Shown here piece by piece: positions 9,244 through 18,786 of a DNA stretch of 64,000 nucleotides (positions within the stretch are counted from its first letter, which is position 1; each line of letters starts with the position of its first letter). The notes under the pieces are model-generated. The model had not been told where the DNA came from, ran no database searches, and worked only from the letters and a program-made list of their open reading frames with translations. The stretch is from an uncultured Roseiflexus sp. GTDB taxonomy: Bacteria > Chloroflexota > Chloroflexia > Chloroflexales > Roseiflexaceae. Where the stretch lies: positions 4,854 to 68,853 of the forward strand of contig CALGYB010000009.1 in the NCBI GenBank assembly GCA_937935075.1. Reading direction: 5' to 3'. Both the position numbers and the translations under genes were made by a program.

Positions 9244-10224
9244 ATGACGACTGTGCCATTCGTTTCAGCCCCGGCGCTGCCGGTCGTGTACGATACGCGC
9301 GTGCGCCACGTGACGTTTTTCAGTCCGGCGCTTGGTGTGTCGCGGGGGTTTTTCATCTACATTCCGCCCGATGTCGATGATGATCATCGAGCGCCGACAC
9401 TCTATCTCCTGCGCGGGCACGAGCGCGAATGGATCAATCCATTCGAAGATCAATTGCGTGGCGGCAGGAATGTCATCGATGTTTACGAAACGCAACGCGC
9501 AGCCGGGCGCGTCGGTCCGCTGGCGCTGGTCTTCCCCGGCACATCGAGCGATGACAATCGCATTCCTGGCATGCTGCTCAATATGCGCGCGCCCCATCTG
9601 GCAGACGGCGCCTCCGGCATCGGCAGCGGTCGCTTCGCCGATTATTTTTTCAACGACCTGATTCCCTACATTGAGAGTCACTTCCCGGTTGTCGGCGGCG
9701 GTCGAGCGCGCGGCATCGTCGGTTTTTCGCTTGGCGGCGCGATGGCGCTGTCGGCGGCGGCGCGCCGTCCCGACCTGTTCGCCTGCGCCGGCGCATACGA
9801 CGGTACGTTCCTGTACGCCTGCGACCGGGGGCGGCGTGTCCGCAAGCGCGATCGCGTGGTTGCCAATGCGATGTTCGACGCTGCGTACGGTGTGCCGCGC
9901 GATCTGGCTTTCGTCGCTCAATACAATGCACCGAACCTGATTCTGCGCAGCCGGCGCGAGGAACTGGCGCGCATCACCTGGGTCGTGGCGTATGGTCCCG
10001 AAGCGCAGGAACCCTGGCAGTCGAATTACTATCGTGGCGAACATCTGCTGGCATGCCTGCATGCGCGGGGTTTCGCCAATGCGCTGGAAGACCCGGTGCT
10101 GCACGACGGCGACCATAGCTGGCGCACTGCGGATCGGTTCATCGCGCTGACGTTGCCGCTGTATGATCGCGCACTGCGTCATGAATCACTGAGGGCGCCT
10201 GACCGCGTCAGACACCCTCAGTGA
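9244..10224 (+). CDS. Putative esterase, alpha/beta hydrolase (Fes/CE1-like)
   Basis: GFSLGG nucleophile elbow, YLLxG motif and C-terminal DHSW His. Start placed at ATG 9244, after the kinase stop. Confidence 0.85.
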   Translation: MTTVPFVSAPALPVVYDTRVRHVTFFSPALGVSRGFFIYIPPDVDDDHRAPTLYLLRGHEREWINPFEDQLRGGRNVIDVYETQRAAGRVGPLALVFPGTSSDDNRIPGMLLNMRAPHLADGASGIGSGRFADYFFNDLIPYIESHFPVVGGGRARGIVGFSLGGAMALSAAARRPDLFACAGAYDGTFLYACDRGRRVRKRDRVVANAMFDAAYGVPRDLAFVAQYNAPNLILRSRREELARITWVVAYGPEAQEPWQSNYYRGEHLLACLHARGFANALEDPVLHDGDHSWRTADRFIALTLPLYDRALRHESLRAPDRVRHPQ

Positions 10225-10343
10225 GAGAAGAGAGGAGAAGGAGATAGCGCTATCTTAGCATAAACTTAACATTCGCGCAAGAGCCTTTTTGATGTGTTTA
10301 CGTTTTTCCTGAGAGTGACGGCTTCTTGCCCTCGAACACCGTC

Positions 10344-10453
10344 GCAGGCGGGACGCCCGCCGCCATCGTTGCAGGCGAGACGCCTGCGCTCCCAGAGTGA
10401 CGAGGTGGCCGACTGGCAAGACGCCTGCGCTCCCAGGGTGACGAGGTGGCCGA
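10344..10453. repeat. REP-like GCAGGCG(G/A)GACGCC(C/T)GC palindromes and a 35-nt direct repeat
   Basis: Hairpins at 10344-10360 and 10371-10387. AGACGCCTGCGCTCCCAG(A/G)GTGACGAGGTGGCCGA occurs at 10378 and 10419 (41-bp period). Confidence 0.8.
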
Positions 10454-10535
10454 ACGCTGAACACGTCTTTTTAAGACGTGCGTGTTGCAGCCGTTGCGCT
10501 CAACATCAACGATGTATCCGGCTGAAGGATTCTCA

Positions 10536-11267
10536 ATGATTACCTGCATCGATCACATTGTCATTCTCGTCCAGGACCTGTCAACGGCAACAGACGACTA
10601 TACAGCGCTGGGGTTCACCGTGACGCCCGGCGGCGTCCATGCCGACGGTGCAACGCACAATGCACTGGTGGCATTCGCCGACGGCAGTTACCTTGAGTTG
10701 CTCGCCTTCCGCCGCGAGGCGCCAGAACATATCTGGTGGCGCCACACCGCCGATGGCGAAGGGGTGATCGACTTTGCCCTGCTCCCTGATGCAATCGACG
10801 AGGATGTTGCCGCCGCGTGCTCCCGTGGATTGGACATTGCCGGTCCCTTCTCCGGCGGCAGGGAACGCCCCGACGGTGTGCGCATCGCCTGGAAGACAGC
10901 CCGCCCCGCCACGCCGGACCTGCCATTCCTCTGCGGCGACGTAACCCCGCGCGACCTGCGGGTTCCGACCGGCGCAGCCCAGCAGCACGCAAACGGAGTC
11001 ACCGGCATTGCACGGGTGCTGGTCGTAACTCGCAATCTGGCGGAGAGCGCTGCGCGCTACCATGCACTGCTGGGAGTCGAGGGCATGACTGTTGCGGAAG
11101 GTGTTTCCTTCTCACTGGGGGCATCGACCATCGTGCTGACCGTTCTAAACGATCGGCGCCGTGAGGGACCCTGGGCGCTGGAATTGTACGGCGGCGCCCC
11201 CGGCGACCTGGACCTGGCGCGAACCCATGGGGCGCCGATACACATTGGCGTCCTATCGCCACAGTAG
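10536..11267 (+). CDS. VOC/glyoxalase-like domain protein (Glyoxalase_3 type)
   Basis: IDHIVI...LGF.V..GG.H..G.T.N.LV.F.DGSYLELL pattern; LPFLC; RBS-like AAGGA upstream of ATG 10536. Confidence 0.85.
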   Translation: MITCIDHIVILVQDLSTATDDYTALGFTVTPGGVHADGATHNALVAFADGSYLELLAFRREAPEHIWWRHTADGEGVIDFALLPDAIDEDVAAACSRGLDIAGPFSGGRERPDGVRIAWKTARPATPDLPFLCGDVTPRDLRVPTGAAQQHANGVTGIARVLVVTRNLAESAARYHALLGVEGMTVAEGVSFSLGASTIVLTVLNDRRREGPWALELYGGAPGDLDLARTHGAPIHIGVLSPQ

Positions 11268-11323
11268 CGGAGTGTTCAGCCTCTGTTCTCACATTCGCAC
11301 TACCGCCATCGTGTGTGTTTGCT

Positions 11324-11361
11324 ATACTGCGGATGCGGCTGCAATGACGCATCCGCAGTAT
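11324..11361. promoter_or_regulatory. Perfect 14-bp inverted repeat in the fhs leader
   Basis: ATACTGCGGATGCG, 10-nt loop, CGCATCCGCAGTAT. It overlaps a TATACT -10-like hexamer and ends 20 nt before the fhs ATG. Confidence 0.55.
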
Positions 11362-11381
11362 GATGCTTCAAAGGAGCAGCT

Positions 11382-13076
11382 ATGCTTTCCGATCTCGACA
11401 TCGCTCAGGCGGCGCGCCTCCGCCCGATCCGCGCCGTCGCCGCCGACCTCGGGCTGACCGACGACGACATTGAACTGTATGGTCGCCACGTCGCAAAAAT
11501 CGATCTGGCCGTCCTGCAACGACTGACCGACCGGCCACGCGGTCGCTACGTCGTTGTCTCCGCAATTACACCCACGCCTCTGGGCGAAGGCAAAACCACT
11601 ACCACTATCGGACTGGGTCAGGCGCTGGCGCGCCTGGGGAAGCGTTCCGTCGTCACCATCCGCCAACCCTCGATGGGACCAACCTTCGGCATTAAGGGAG
11701 GCGCGGCTGGCGGCGGGTATAGCCAGGTCCTCCCGATGGAGCAGTTCAACCTGCATCTGACCGGCGACATTCACGCGATTGGCGCGGCGCACAATGTGCT
11801 GGCAGCGATGATCGACAACGCCCTGCATCATGGCAATCAGGCAGGCATCGACCCGTATACGATCTCGTGGCCCCGCGTGATGGACATCAGTGACCGCGCG
11901 TTGCGCAACATCGTCGTAGGGTTGGGAAAGAAGGAAGATGGTCCGGTGCGCCAGGCGCGGTTCGATATCACGGTGGCATCGGAGGTGATGGCGATTCTGG
12001 CGCTCACAACCAGCCTGCACGACCTGCGGCAGCGACTGGGACGCATTGTTGTGGCGTACACGCGCGATGGCGCGCCGGTGACCGCCGATGATCTGCACGC
12101 CGCAGGCGCTATGACTGTTTTGCTGAAGGAAGCCATCAAGCCCAACCTGCTACAGACGCTCGAAGGAACACCGGCGCTGGTCCACTGTGGACCGTTCGCC
12201 AACATTGCGCACGGCGCCTCATCGGTGCTGGCCGATCTGATCGGATTGCACTGCGCCGATTATGTGGTCACCGAAAGCGGGTTCGGCGCTGACATCGGTT
12301 TCGAGAAGTTCTGCGACATCAAATGCCGCGCCTCTGGTCTGGCGCCTGATGCAGTGGTGCTGGTTGCAACGGTGCGGGCGCTCAAGGCGCACAGCGGGCG
12401 CTACACCATCACCGCTGGCAAACCGCTCGATCCGCGGCTTGCTGAAGAGAACCCGGAGGATGTGACGGCAGGCGCTGCCAACCTTACCGCGCAGGTGCGG
12501 ATCGCACGTCTCTTCGGGCGACCGGTGGTTGTGGCGATCAACCGCTTCCCCGGCGATTTTCCGTCGGAAGTTGAGGTGATACGGCAGGCGGCGCGCGACG
12601 CAGGGGCGTTCGATGTGGTTGAAAGTTTTGTGTTTGCCGAAGGCGGCGCGGGTGGATATGATCTGGCAAAAGCGGTGATAAAGGCATGCGAAGCGCCAGG
12701 GAAGTTCGCGCCGCTCTACCCGCTCGATCTGAGCCTGCGCGAGAAGATCGAAACGCTGGCGACGAAGGTGTACGGCGCAGCACGGGTGGAGTACACGCCC
12801 GAAGCCTCACGGCAACTGGTGCGGTTCGAGCAGCAGGGGTATGGCGCCCTGCCGATCTGCATGGCAAAGACACAATTGTCGATCAGCCACGACCCGAAAC
12901 TGCGCGGCGCACCATCGGGGTATATCTTCCCCATCCGCGAGATGCGCCTGGCAGCCGGTGCAGGTTTCATCTACCCGCTGGCAGGCGACATTCGCACCAT
13001 GCCGGGGTTGCCGGCTCACCCTGCCGCTGAGCGGATCGACATCGACGCCGAAGGAAAGACGGTGGGATTGTCGTAG
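11382..13076 (+). CDS. fhs: Formate--tetrahydrofolate ligase
   Basis: TPLGEGKTTTTIGL, RQPSMGPTFGIKGGAAGGGYSQV, HCGPFANIAHG, TESGFGADIG, CMAKTQLS, IRTMPGLP. Confidence 0.98.
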   Translation: MLSDLDIAQAARLRPIRAVAADLGLTDDDIELYGRHVAKIDLAVLQRLTDRPRGRYVVVSAITPTPLGEGKTTTTIGLGQALARLGKRSVVTIRQPSMGPTFGIKGGAAGGGYSQVLPMEQFNLHLTGDIHAIGAAHNVLAAMIDNALHHGNQAGIDPYTISWPRVMDISDRALRNIVVGLGKKEDGPVRQARFDITVASEVMAILALTTSLHDLRQRLGRIVVAYTRDGAPVTADDLHAAGAMTVLLKEAIKPNLLQTLEGTPALVHCGPFANIAHGASSVLADLIGLHCADYVVTESGFGADIGFEKFCDIKCRASGLAPDAVVLVATVRALKAHSGRYTITAGKPLDPRLAEENPEDVTAGAANLTAQVRIARLFGRPVVVAINRFPGDFPSEVEVIRQAARDAGAFDVVESFVFAEGGAGGYDLAKAVIKACEAPGKFAPLYPLDLSLREKIETLATKVYGAARVEYTPEASRQLVRFEQQGYGALPICMAKTQLSISHDPKLRGAPSGYIFPIREMRLAAGAGFIYPLAGDIRTMPGLPAHPAAERIDIDAEGKTVGLS

Positions 13077-13141
13077 CGTTGGGCGGGGCGCAGGCGACCA
13101 GGTGCATGAGCACAGCAACCGCAGCAGCGCAGGGGCGCCAT

Positions 13142-13178
13142 CCCTGCGGTTGCTTCGACAGGCTCAGCAACCGCAGGG
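13142..13178. terminator. REP-like hairpin with TTCGACAGGCTCA loop between convergent fhs and GH1 genes
   Basis: CCCTGCGGTTGC, TTCGACAGGCTCA, GCAACCGCAGGG (12-bp stem). Terminator role inferred from position only. Confidence 0.55.
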
Positions 13179-13184
13179 GGATGC

Positions 13185-14546
13185 TCACCTCACGAAAACG
13201 TCCGCCTCCTCCACGGCATTCGCTGCAATCACCTGTTGCATGAACCGCGCCGAGTCTTTTGGGATGCGGCGCTGGGTCGCATAATCCACGTAGACGATGC
13301 CGAATCGCCGGCTGTAACCGAATGCCCACTCGAAGTTGTCCATCAACGACCAGACAAAATAGCCGCGCAACGGAACCCCGGCTGCGATGGCGTCGTGGCA
13401 CGCTGCGAGATGACGCGCAAGGTAGCGTACCCGATCCGGGTCGTGGACGCTGCCATCAGGTGAGACTTCGTCCGGGTAGGCAGCGCCGTTTTCGGTGATG
13501 TACAGCGCTGCCGGTGCATAGTCGCGGTGCAATCGCTCCAGCAGTCGGCGCAGCGAGTCGGGACGCACTTCCCAATCCATATGGGTGTACTCGCCTTCCG
13601 GCCGTTCGTGCGCATATCCGAGACCGCCAGCCTGCGGATCGTCACGAATGACGGCGCGCGAGTAGTAGTTCACCCCCAGAAAATCGAGCGGCGCAGCAAT
13701 GAGGCGCATGTCGTCGTTCTGCATCGGCGGCGTCTGCCCCATCTGCGCGTACAGTTCCAGCATATCGGCAGGGTATGCGCCACGGTAAAGCGGGTCCAGA
13801 TACCAGCGGTTGAAAAAGCCGTCGTGCCGCCACGCGGCTGCCCGATCCGCATCACTGCCGCTCGCGGGGTCGGCGGGCGAAAGGTTGAGGGTGATACCCG
13901 CCTGCGCGTCGGGACGCGCGGCGCGGATGGCGGCAATTGCCAATCCGTGACCGAGGAGCAGATGATGCGCTGCCGCAAGCGCCGGTCCTTCCTTCCGCCC
14001 TGGCGCATGGTCGCCGGTCCAATAGCCGAGAAACGCCGAACACCACGGTTCGTTAAGCGTGATCCAGCGCTTCACGCGATCCCCCAGGCGGCGCACCACC
14101 ACGTCGGCGTAGTCGGCGAACGCATACGCGGTCTTGCGCGCGGGCCATCCACCTGCGTCTTCGAGCGCCTGCGGCAGATCCCAGTGGTACAGCGTCGCAC
14201 ATGGCTGAATGCCGGCTTCCAGCAAGCCATCGACGAGGCGGTCGTAGAAATCGAGACCGGCAGGATTGATCGCTCCTGCGCCCTGCGGAAGAATGCGGGG
14301 CCAGGCGATCGAAAACCGGTATGCCCGCAATCCAAGCGATTTCATCAGCGCGATGTCGTCGCGCCAGCGGTGGTAGTGATCGCACGCCGGATCGCCGGTA
14401 TCGCCGTTGAGCACCTTTCCCGGCGTCGCGCAGAACCGGTCCCAGATCGACTCGCCGCGTCCATCTTCGCGGGTGGCGCCTTCGATTTGAAAGGCAGCCG
14501 TCGCCGCGCCCCAGAGAAAATCGTCAGGGAAGTGTCGTGTTGCCAT
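13185..14546 (-). CDS. bglA: GH1 beta-glucosidase
   Basis: FLWGAATAAFQIEG, DHYHRW, TLNEP (acid/base), YITENG (nucleophile), DNFEWA.G. Start at ATG 14546 behind AAGGA. Confidence 0.96.
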   Translation of the reverse strand: MATRHFPDDFLWGAATAAFQIEGATREDGRGESIWDRFCATPGKVLNGDTGDPACDHYHRWRDDIALMKSLGLRAYRFSIAWPRILPQGAGAINPAGLDFYDRLVDGLLEAGIQPCATLYHWDLPQALEDAGGWPARKTAYAFADYADVVVRRLGDRVKRWITLNEPWCSAFLGYWTGDHAPGRKEGPALAAAHHLLLGHGLAIAAIRAARPDAQAGITLNLSPADPASGSDADRAAAWRHDGFFNRWYLDPLYRGAYPADMLELYAQMGQTPPMQNDDMRLIAAPLDFLGVNYYSRAVIRDDPQAGGLGYAHERPEGEYTHMDWEVRPDSLRRLLERLHRDYAPAALYITENGAAYPDEVSPDGSVHDPDRVRYLARHLAACHDAIAAGVPLRGYFVWSLMDNFEWAFGYSRRFGIVYVDYATQRRIPKDSARFMQQVIAANAVEEADVFVR

Positions 14547-14592
14547 GAGGGAGCGTCCTTTGGAGGTCTGAACATCATCCAGCCCCGCACTG

Positions 14593-15843
14593 TCAGAGAA
14601 GCCCGTAGTATTCGTCGATGTCGCGCTGATAGGCGTCCACGGCGCCATCGAGCACGTCTTGCTGCGTCACGGTGCGCCCCAGCGCCGACGACTCCAGGAT
14701 GGCGAAGGCGCACGCCAGGTCGCGCAACCCCTCTTCCCCGCTGGTCTCCGGGTCGGCGCCGCGTTCAATTGCGCGCAGCCAGTCGAGGTTCTGGATAGCG
14801 CAGGGGTCGGTCAGCCCAAGCGGAAAGCACTGCTCGCGCTCGGCAGACGTCATCCGCTGCTCGAAGGTCTCTTCCAGCGGCAGACGCTCGCCGTCCGCCA
14901 GCACGATCTGCCCGCCGCGAATGGCTCCCGTGCTGCCGATGATCGCCGGCGCACCATTGATCGTCAGTTCTTCCGGCGAACCGGCCCAGCTCCACCACAA
15001 CTGCCCGATCGCGCCGCGTTCGAACTGAAGGGTTGCCATGTAGGTGTCATCGACATCCGCCTGCACCTGATCAATGACATTGCCCTGTGCATCGCGCAGA
15101 TAACGTACTGGCGCAAAAGTGCGCGCAACAGCGTTCACTGCGGCGATTTCGCCGACCACGTAACGCTGGAAGTGCATCTGATGCACGCCGATATCGATGC
15201 TCCCGCCGCCGCCGCCGAGCAGTTTTTTGTGGCGCCATGGCGTTTCTGCAACAATCCGATCCGGTGACCAGAGTCCACCGAGGACTCCCATCACCGAGAT
15301 CTGCGGTTCGCCGATCAATCCCTGGCGCACTGCCCACGCCATCGCGCGCACGATGCGCGCCTGGCGCACATTCTCAAACACGCCAAATGTGACCCCACGC
15401 GCCTTTGCTGCCGCCACCATCTTCTTCGCCGCGCGCACGGAAATTGCCAGCGGCTTCTGCGACAGCAGATGCAACCCGGCGTCGATGGCGGCAAGCCCCA
15501 CCTGATGGTGCAGCGCCAGCGTCGTCAGGTCGTTGATCGCGTCCACCTTTCCCGAGGCGATGAGATCGCGGTAGTCGGTATAGATGGCGACTTCCACATC
15601 GTCGTGGATGTCGGAGACATAGGTGTGCGGCGCTGCCAGCGGATCGCCGGTCGCCGGATCGAGCACCGGCGGACGGGGCGGCGGTCCTTCGCCGCGTTTG
15701 CGGAACATGAGCGCGTCCTCCACCCGGCGCGCACAGAGGGCAGTGATCCGAAAATGGTCGATTCCCAACCGACGGAGTTGCAGGTACCCCTGGAGGTGGG
15801 CATTCAAAATCCGTCCGCAGCCAACGATGCCGATACGAATCAT
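14593..15843 (-). CDS. Gfo/Idh/MocA family NAD-dependent oxidoreductase
   Basis: IGIVGCGRI Rossmann start, QKPLA, DIGVH catalytic-type motif. Confidence 0.9.
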   Translation of the reverse strand: MIRIGIVGCGRILNAHLQGYLQLRRLGIDHFRITALCARRVEDALMFRKRGEGPPPRPPVLDPATGDPLAAPHTYVSDIHDDVEVAIYTDYRDLIASGKVDAINDLTTLALHHQVGLAAIDAGLHLLSQKPLAISVRAAKKMVAAAKARGVTFGVFENVRQARIVRAMAWAVRQGLIGEPQISVMGVLGGLWSPDRIVAETPWRHKKLLGGGGGSIDIGVHQMHFQRYVVGEIAAVNAVARTFAPVRYLRDAQGNVIDQVQADVDDTYMATLQFERGAIGQLWWSWAGSPEELTINGAPAIIGSTGAIRGGQIVLADGERLPLEETFEQRMTSAEREQCFPLGLTDPCAIQNLDWLRAIERGADPETSGEEGLRDLACAFAILESSALGRTVTQQDVLDGAVDAYQRDIDEYYGLL

Positions 15844-17702
15844 GGCGTCTGCTCCTGAGCGGTATAGCGGGCGCGCACGCGCTCCAGCCGCGCCACGCTA
15901 TCGGACAACCCGCCGAGGCGGTTGCGCGCCAGCCAGAGGCGTTCGTACTCGCGGATAATTTCGCGCATGTCATCATTCAACAACCGACGACGCGGCAGGG
16001 CGCCGGCGCCATCGGCAGCGGTCAGCAACTGTCCCAGGCGACAGGCATGCCGCAACAGGCGCACCGTATTGTCGAACTCCTGAAGAATGAGCGGCGCATC
16101 GGAGCGAGTCATACGCTCGGCGGCAATGGGCTGAGTTGCGGCGTCGATCGCATCGAGCGCGCGGTCGAAGTCGAGCGGCGGCAGGGCGGATGGATTGGAG
16201 ACCGGCGGCGATTGCAACACCCAGAACAGCACCGACGAGTTTGGCGGCTCATATCCGACGGCGCGATACACATTTCCCAAATCGTATGCCACTTTTCCCA
16301 TCGCGCCGGTCGGGTCGGTGAACGCATGCCGACTGACCGCCGCCTGTACGTTCGCGTCGCGGTTGGCGGCGTATGCCCATGCGAATGCCGCACCCATCGC
16401 AAACCCCAGGAAACTGACCGGCAAGACCTGCCAGTGCCCCATATCACCCCAGTCGGTAATCAGGTAGCCGATGGCGCCATGCTTCAACCCATTCTCAGCA
16501 GCGTTGCGCAGGTTTCCCAAAGCGTTGTCGGTACGTCCGGCAATGCTCTGCCACGACGATGTGCCAGGGCAGACGTAGAACGGAATACCTGCCGCAGCAT
16601 AGCGAGCGCAGTTGCGGTCAAAGGGATGGTCGGCTTCGTACCCCCATTCGAGTGTGATGACATCGCGCGGCAACTCACCGATCAGTTCCGGGTGATTATT
16701 GACGATATCGCCCCAGAACATCATCGTGCGCCCGTGGTGTTTCACGGCGTCGTAGAGTTTGAGCAGAAAATCGAGGTACACCCGCCCGACGCCGCGCTGC
16801 GTGCAGGCGTCTTTGCTGCGTCCCTGCCCGAGATCGACCGTCTCATCGCACCCGACGTTGAACAACCGGCTCGAAAAATGCGGCAACAGTTCATCGTACA
16901 GGCTGCGCACCAGATCGAGGCTGCCCGGATCTTCTGGCGCCAGGCTGAATGGTCCCTGCATGACGCCCCACGGCGCCTGGAATTCGCCGTGGGTCTCGGC
17001 GAGCGCCGCGTAACGCGGGTGGATGAGCCAGCGGTGCATATGACCGAACGAGTTCTGGTTGGGCACGAGATCGATGAACCGCGCTTTGCAGTACGCATCG
17101 AGCGCCAGCGCCTCTTCGCCGGTGAGCGGCGAGGCGCGCGCCCACACATCGGGATGATTACGGTAGGCAAACGTATGCTCGGTGTAAAGCTGCACCTGAT
17201 TGATTTTCCAGCCCGCCAGCATATCGATCAGCATGAACAGGGTTTCCATCGTCGGGACCTTGTCGCGGCTGATATCGATCATCACCCCGCGCGCGGCAAA
17301 ATCGGGGTAATCGTTGACATGCAGGCAGGGAAAAGCGCGCCCGGTCTGCTCCACAATCTGGATCAGGGTGCAGACGCCATAGAAGATGCCGGTTGGGTTC
17401 GGCGCTTCGATTAGGATGCCATCGTCCTTGATGGTCAGGACATACCCCTGCGGATGGTCGGCGCTGCCGGCAGTCACCCGCAGCGTAGCGCCGATCTCGC
17501 CTGGAGGACCTTCCGGCGTCGCGGTCAGTTCCCATTCGACGCCGGCATGGGCGCGTAGCGCATTCTGCAGGCGGCGCGCCGCAAACCGCAGGTCTCCGGG
17601 CGCAGCACCCTGGAGCAGAATGCGCCGTGTTGATGTCGCCACATACATTCCCGGCAAAACGGTCAGCGATTGCGGTATGGGAAGGAGCGAAAGATGATTC
17701 AC
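15840..17702 (-). CDS. GH20 beta-N-acetylhexosaminidase
   Basis: DYPDFAARGVMIDISR, K.NQVQLY.EH, NSFGH, GCDET (catalytic DE pair), TDWGD; ATGA overlap with the next gene. Confidence 0.9.
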   Translation of the reverse strand: MNHLSLLPIPQSLTVLPGMYVATSTRRILLQGAAPGDLRFAARRLQNALRAHAGVEWELTATPEGPPGEIGATLRVTAGSADHPQGYVLTIKDDGILIEAPNPTGIFYGVCTLIQIVEQTGRAFPCLHVNDYPDFAARGVMIDISRDKVPTMETLFMLIDMLAGWKINQVQLYTEHTFAYRNHPDVWARASPLTGEEALALDAYCKARFIDLVPNQNSFGHMHRWLIHPRYAALAETHGEFQAPWGVMQGPFSLAPEDPGSLDLVRSLYDELLPHFSSRLFNVGCDETVDLGQGRSKDACTQRGVGRVYLDFLLKLYDAVKHHGRTMMFWGDIVNNHPELIGELPRDVITLEWGYEADHPFDRNCARYAAAGIPFYVCPGTSSWQSIAGRTDNALGNLRNAAENGLKHGAIGYLITDWGDMGHWQVLPVSFLGFAMGAAFAWAYAANRDANVQAAVSRHAFTDPTGAMGKVAYDLGNVYRAVGYEPPNSSVLFWVLQSPPVSNPSALPPLDFDRALDAIDAATQPIAAERMTRSDAPLILQEFDNTVRLLRHACRLGQLLTAADGAGALPRRRLLNDDMREIIREYERLWLARNRLGGLSDSVARLERVRARYTAQEQTP

Positions 17703-17712
17703 CCATCACCTC

Positions 17713-18753
17713 CTAAGCCAACAACGTCATTGGCAGCGGCAGCGACACCGTGCGCCCTTCGGCAGCCGAAATGATGCCTGCATCGAGCACCTCCTGCGCC
17801 ATCAAGCCGACGTCGGCGCTGCACAGACCGGTGATCGGCGCACCGGAGCGAATGTGACCAAGAAAATACTCGGCACTGTTGCGCATACCGACCGGCGGTT
17901 CCGGCACGTCGAGGCGCATGCCGTCGCGATGCTCGCGGTCTGCCAGCCACAGTTCTTTGCCGTGCTCGCGGATGTGAATGGTTCCCTCACTGCCATAGAT
18001 CATCGGCTCGTAGCTGGTCATATCGCCGACTTGCGTCCATGACGCAGTCGCGGTGCTGATGGCGCGCGCGTGCTGCATGACGATCACCGCATTATCTTCT
18101 GCGGGCAGATCGGGCTTCCACAGGCGCCCCGTCAGCGCTGTGACGCGGGAGGGCAACCCGAGCAGCGCGCAGGTTAGCGCTGCGCCATAGCAGCAGTAAT
18201 CCATCAGCGCACCGGCGCCGTTGCGCCGCGGGTCGTAGAGCCATTCACAGAAAAAGGGCGAACAACCGAGTTCACGCGGCCCAATGTGGGCAGCGCGGTA
18301 GTTGACCTGCCAGACCTGACCGATGCGCCCCCCGGCAATCAGGTGCAGCGCATATTGCATTGTAGGCCACCACATGATGGGCCAGTTGACCATCAACTGA
18401 ACGCCAGCCGCGGCAGCGGCGCCGCGCATGCGCGCTGCATCGGCATACGTCGCCGCCATCGGCTTCTCGATCATGACATGCAGACCGCGCTCCGCCGCCA
18501 TTTCGGTCAACTCTGCGCCGCGCAGATTGTCGCTGAAGACATACACTGCATCGAGTTCCACCGCGTCCAGCATGTCGCTGTAATCGTCGAAAACCTGTTC
18601 GCACCCCAGGGATCGGATATGCTCGCGGAGCGCCGGGTTGGGGTCTGCCGCCGCAACCAGTACGCCATCATCGCAGTTCGCCAGGTCCTTGAGATTCCCC
18701 CACACGTGGTCATGGGTCAGCCCCAAGACGCCGACCCGTAGTTTGTCCGCCAT
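17713..18753 (-). CDS. Gfo/Idh/MocA family oxidoreductase
   Basis: VGVLGL.HDH start, EKPMA, GAGALMDYCCY. Confidence 0.9.
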   Translation of the reverse strand: MADKLRVGVLGLTHDHVWGNLKDLANCDDGVLVAAADPNPALREHIRSLGCEQVFDDYSDMLDAVELDAVYVFSDNLRGAELTEMAAERGLHVMIEKPMAATYADAARMRGAAAAAGVQLMVNWPIMWWPTMQYALHLIAGGRIGQVWQVNYRAAHIGPRELGCSPFFCEWLYDPRRNGAGALMDYCCYGAALTCALLGLPSRVTALTGRLWKPDLPAEDNAVIVMQHARAISTATASWTQVGDMTSYEPMIYGSEGTIHIREHGKELWLADREHRDGMRLDVPEPPVGMRNSAEYFLGHIRSGAPITGLCSADVGLMAQEVLDAGIISAAEGRTVSLPLPMTLLA

Positions 18754-18786
18754 TGCTGTGCTCCTTCTGATCGTCTTGCTGCTACG

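Noticed and set aside
11268-11381. ZTP or THF riboswitch before fhs
   Set aside because: The leader is short and I could not match either consensus by eye; only a simple hairpin is present.
16047-17414. Long + strand ORFs opposite real genes (also 13527-14798, 21414-22916, 24067-25257, 42509-44254)
   Set aside because: Antisense shadows of well-supported - strand genes; expected at this GC content.
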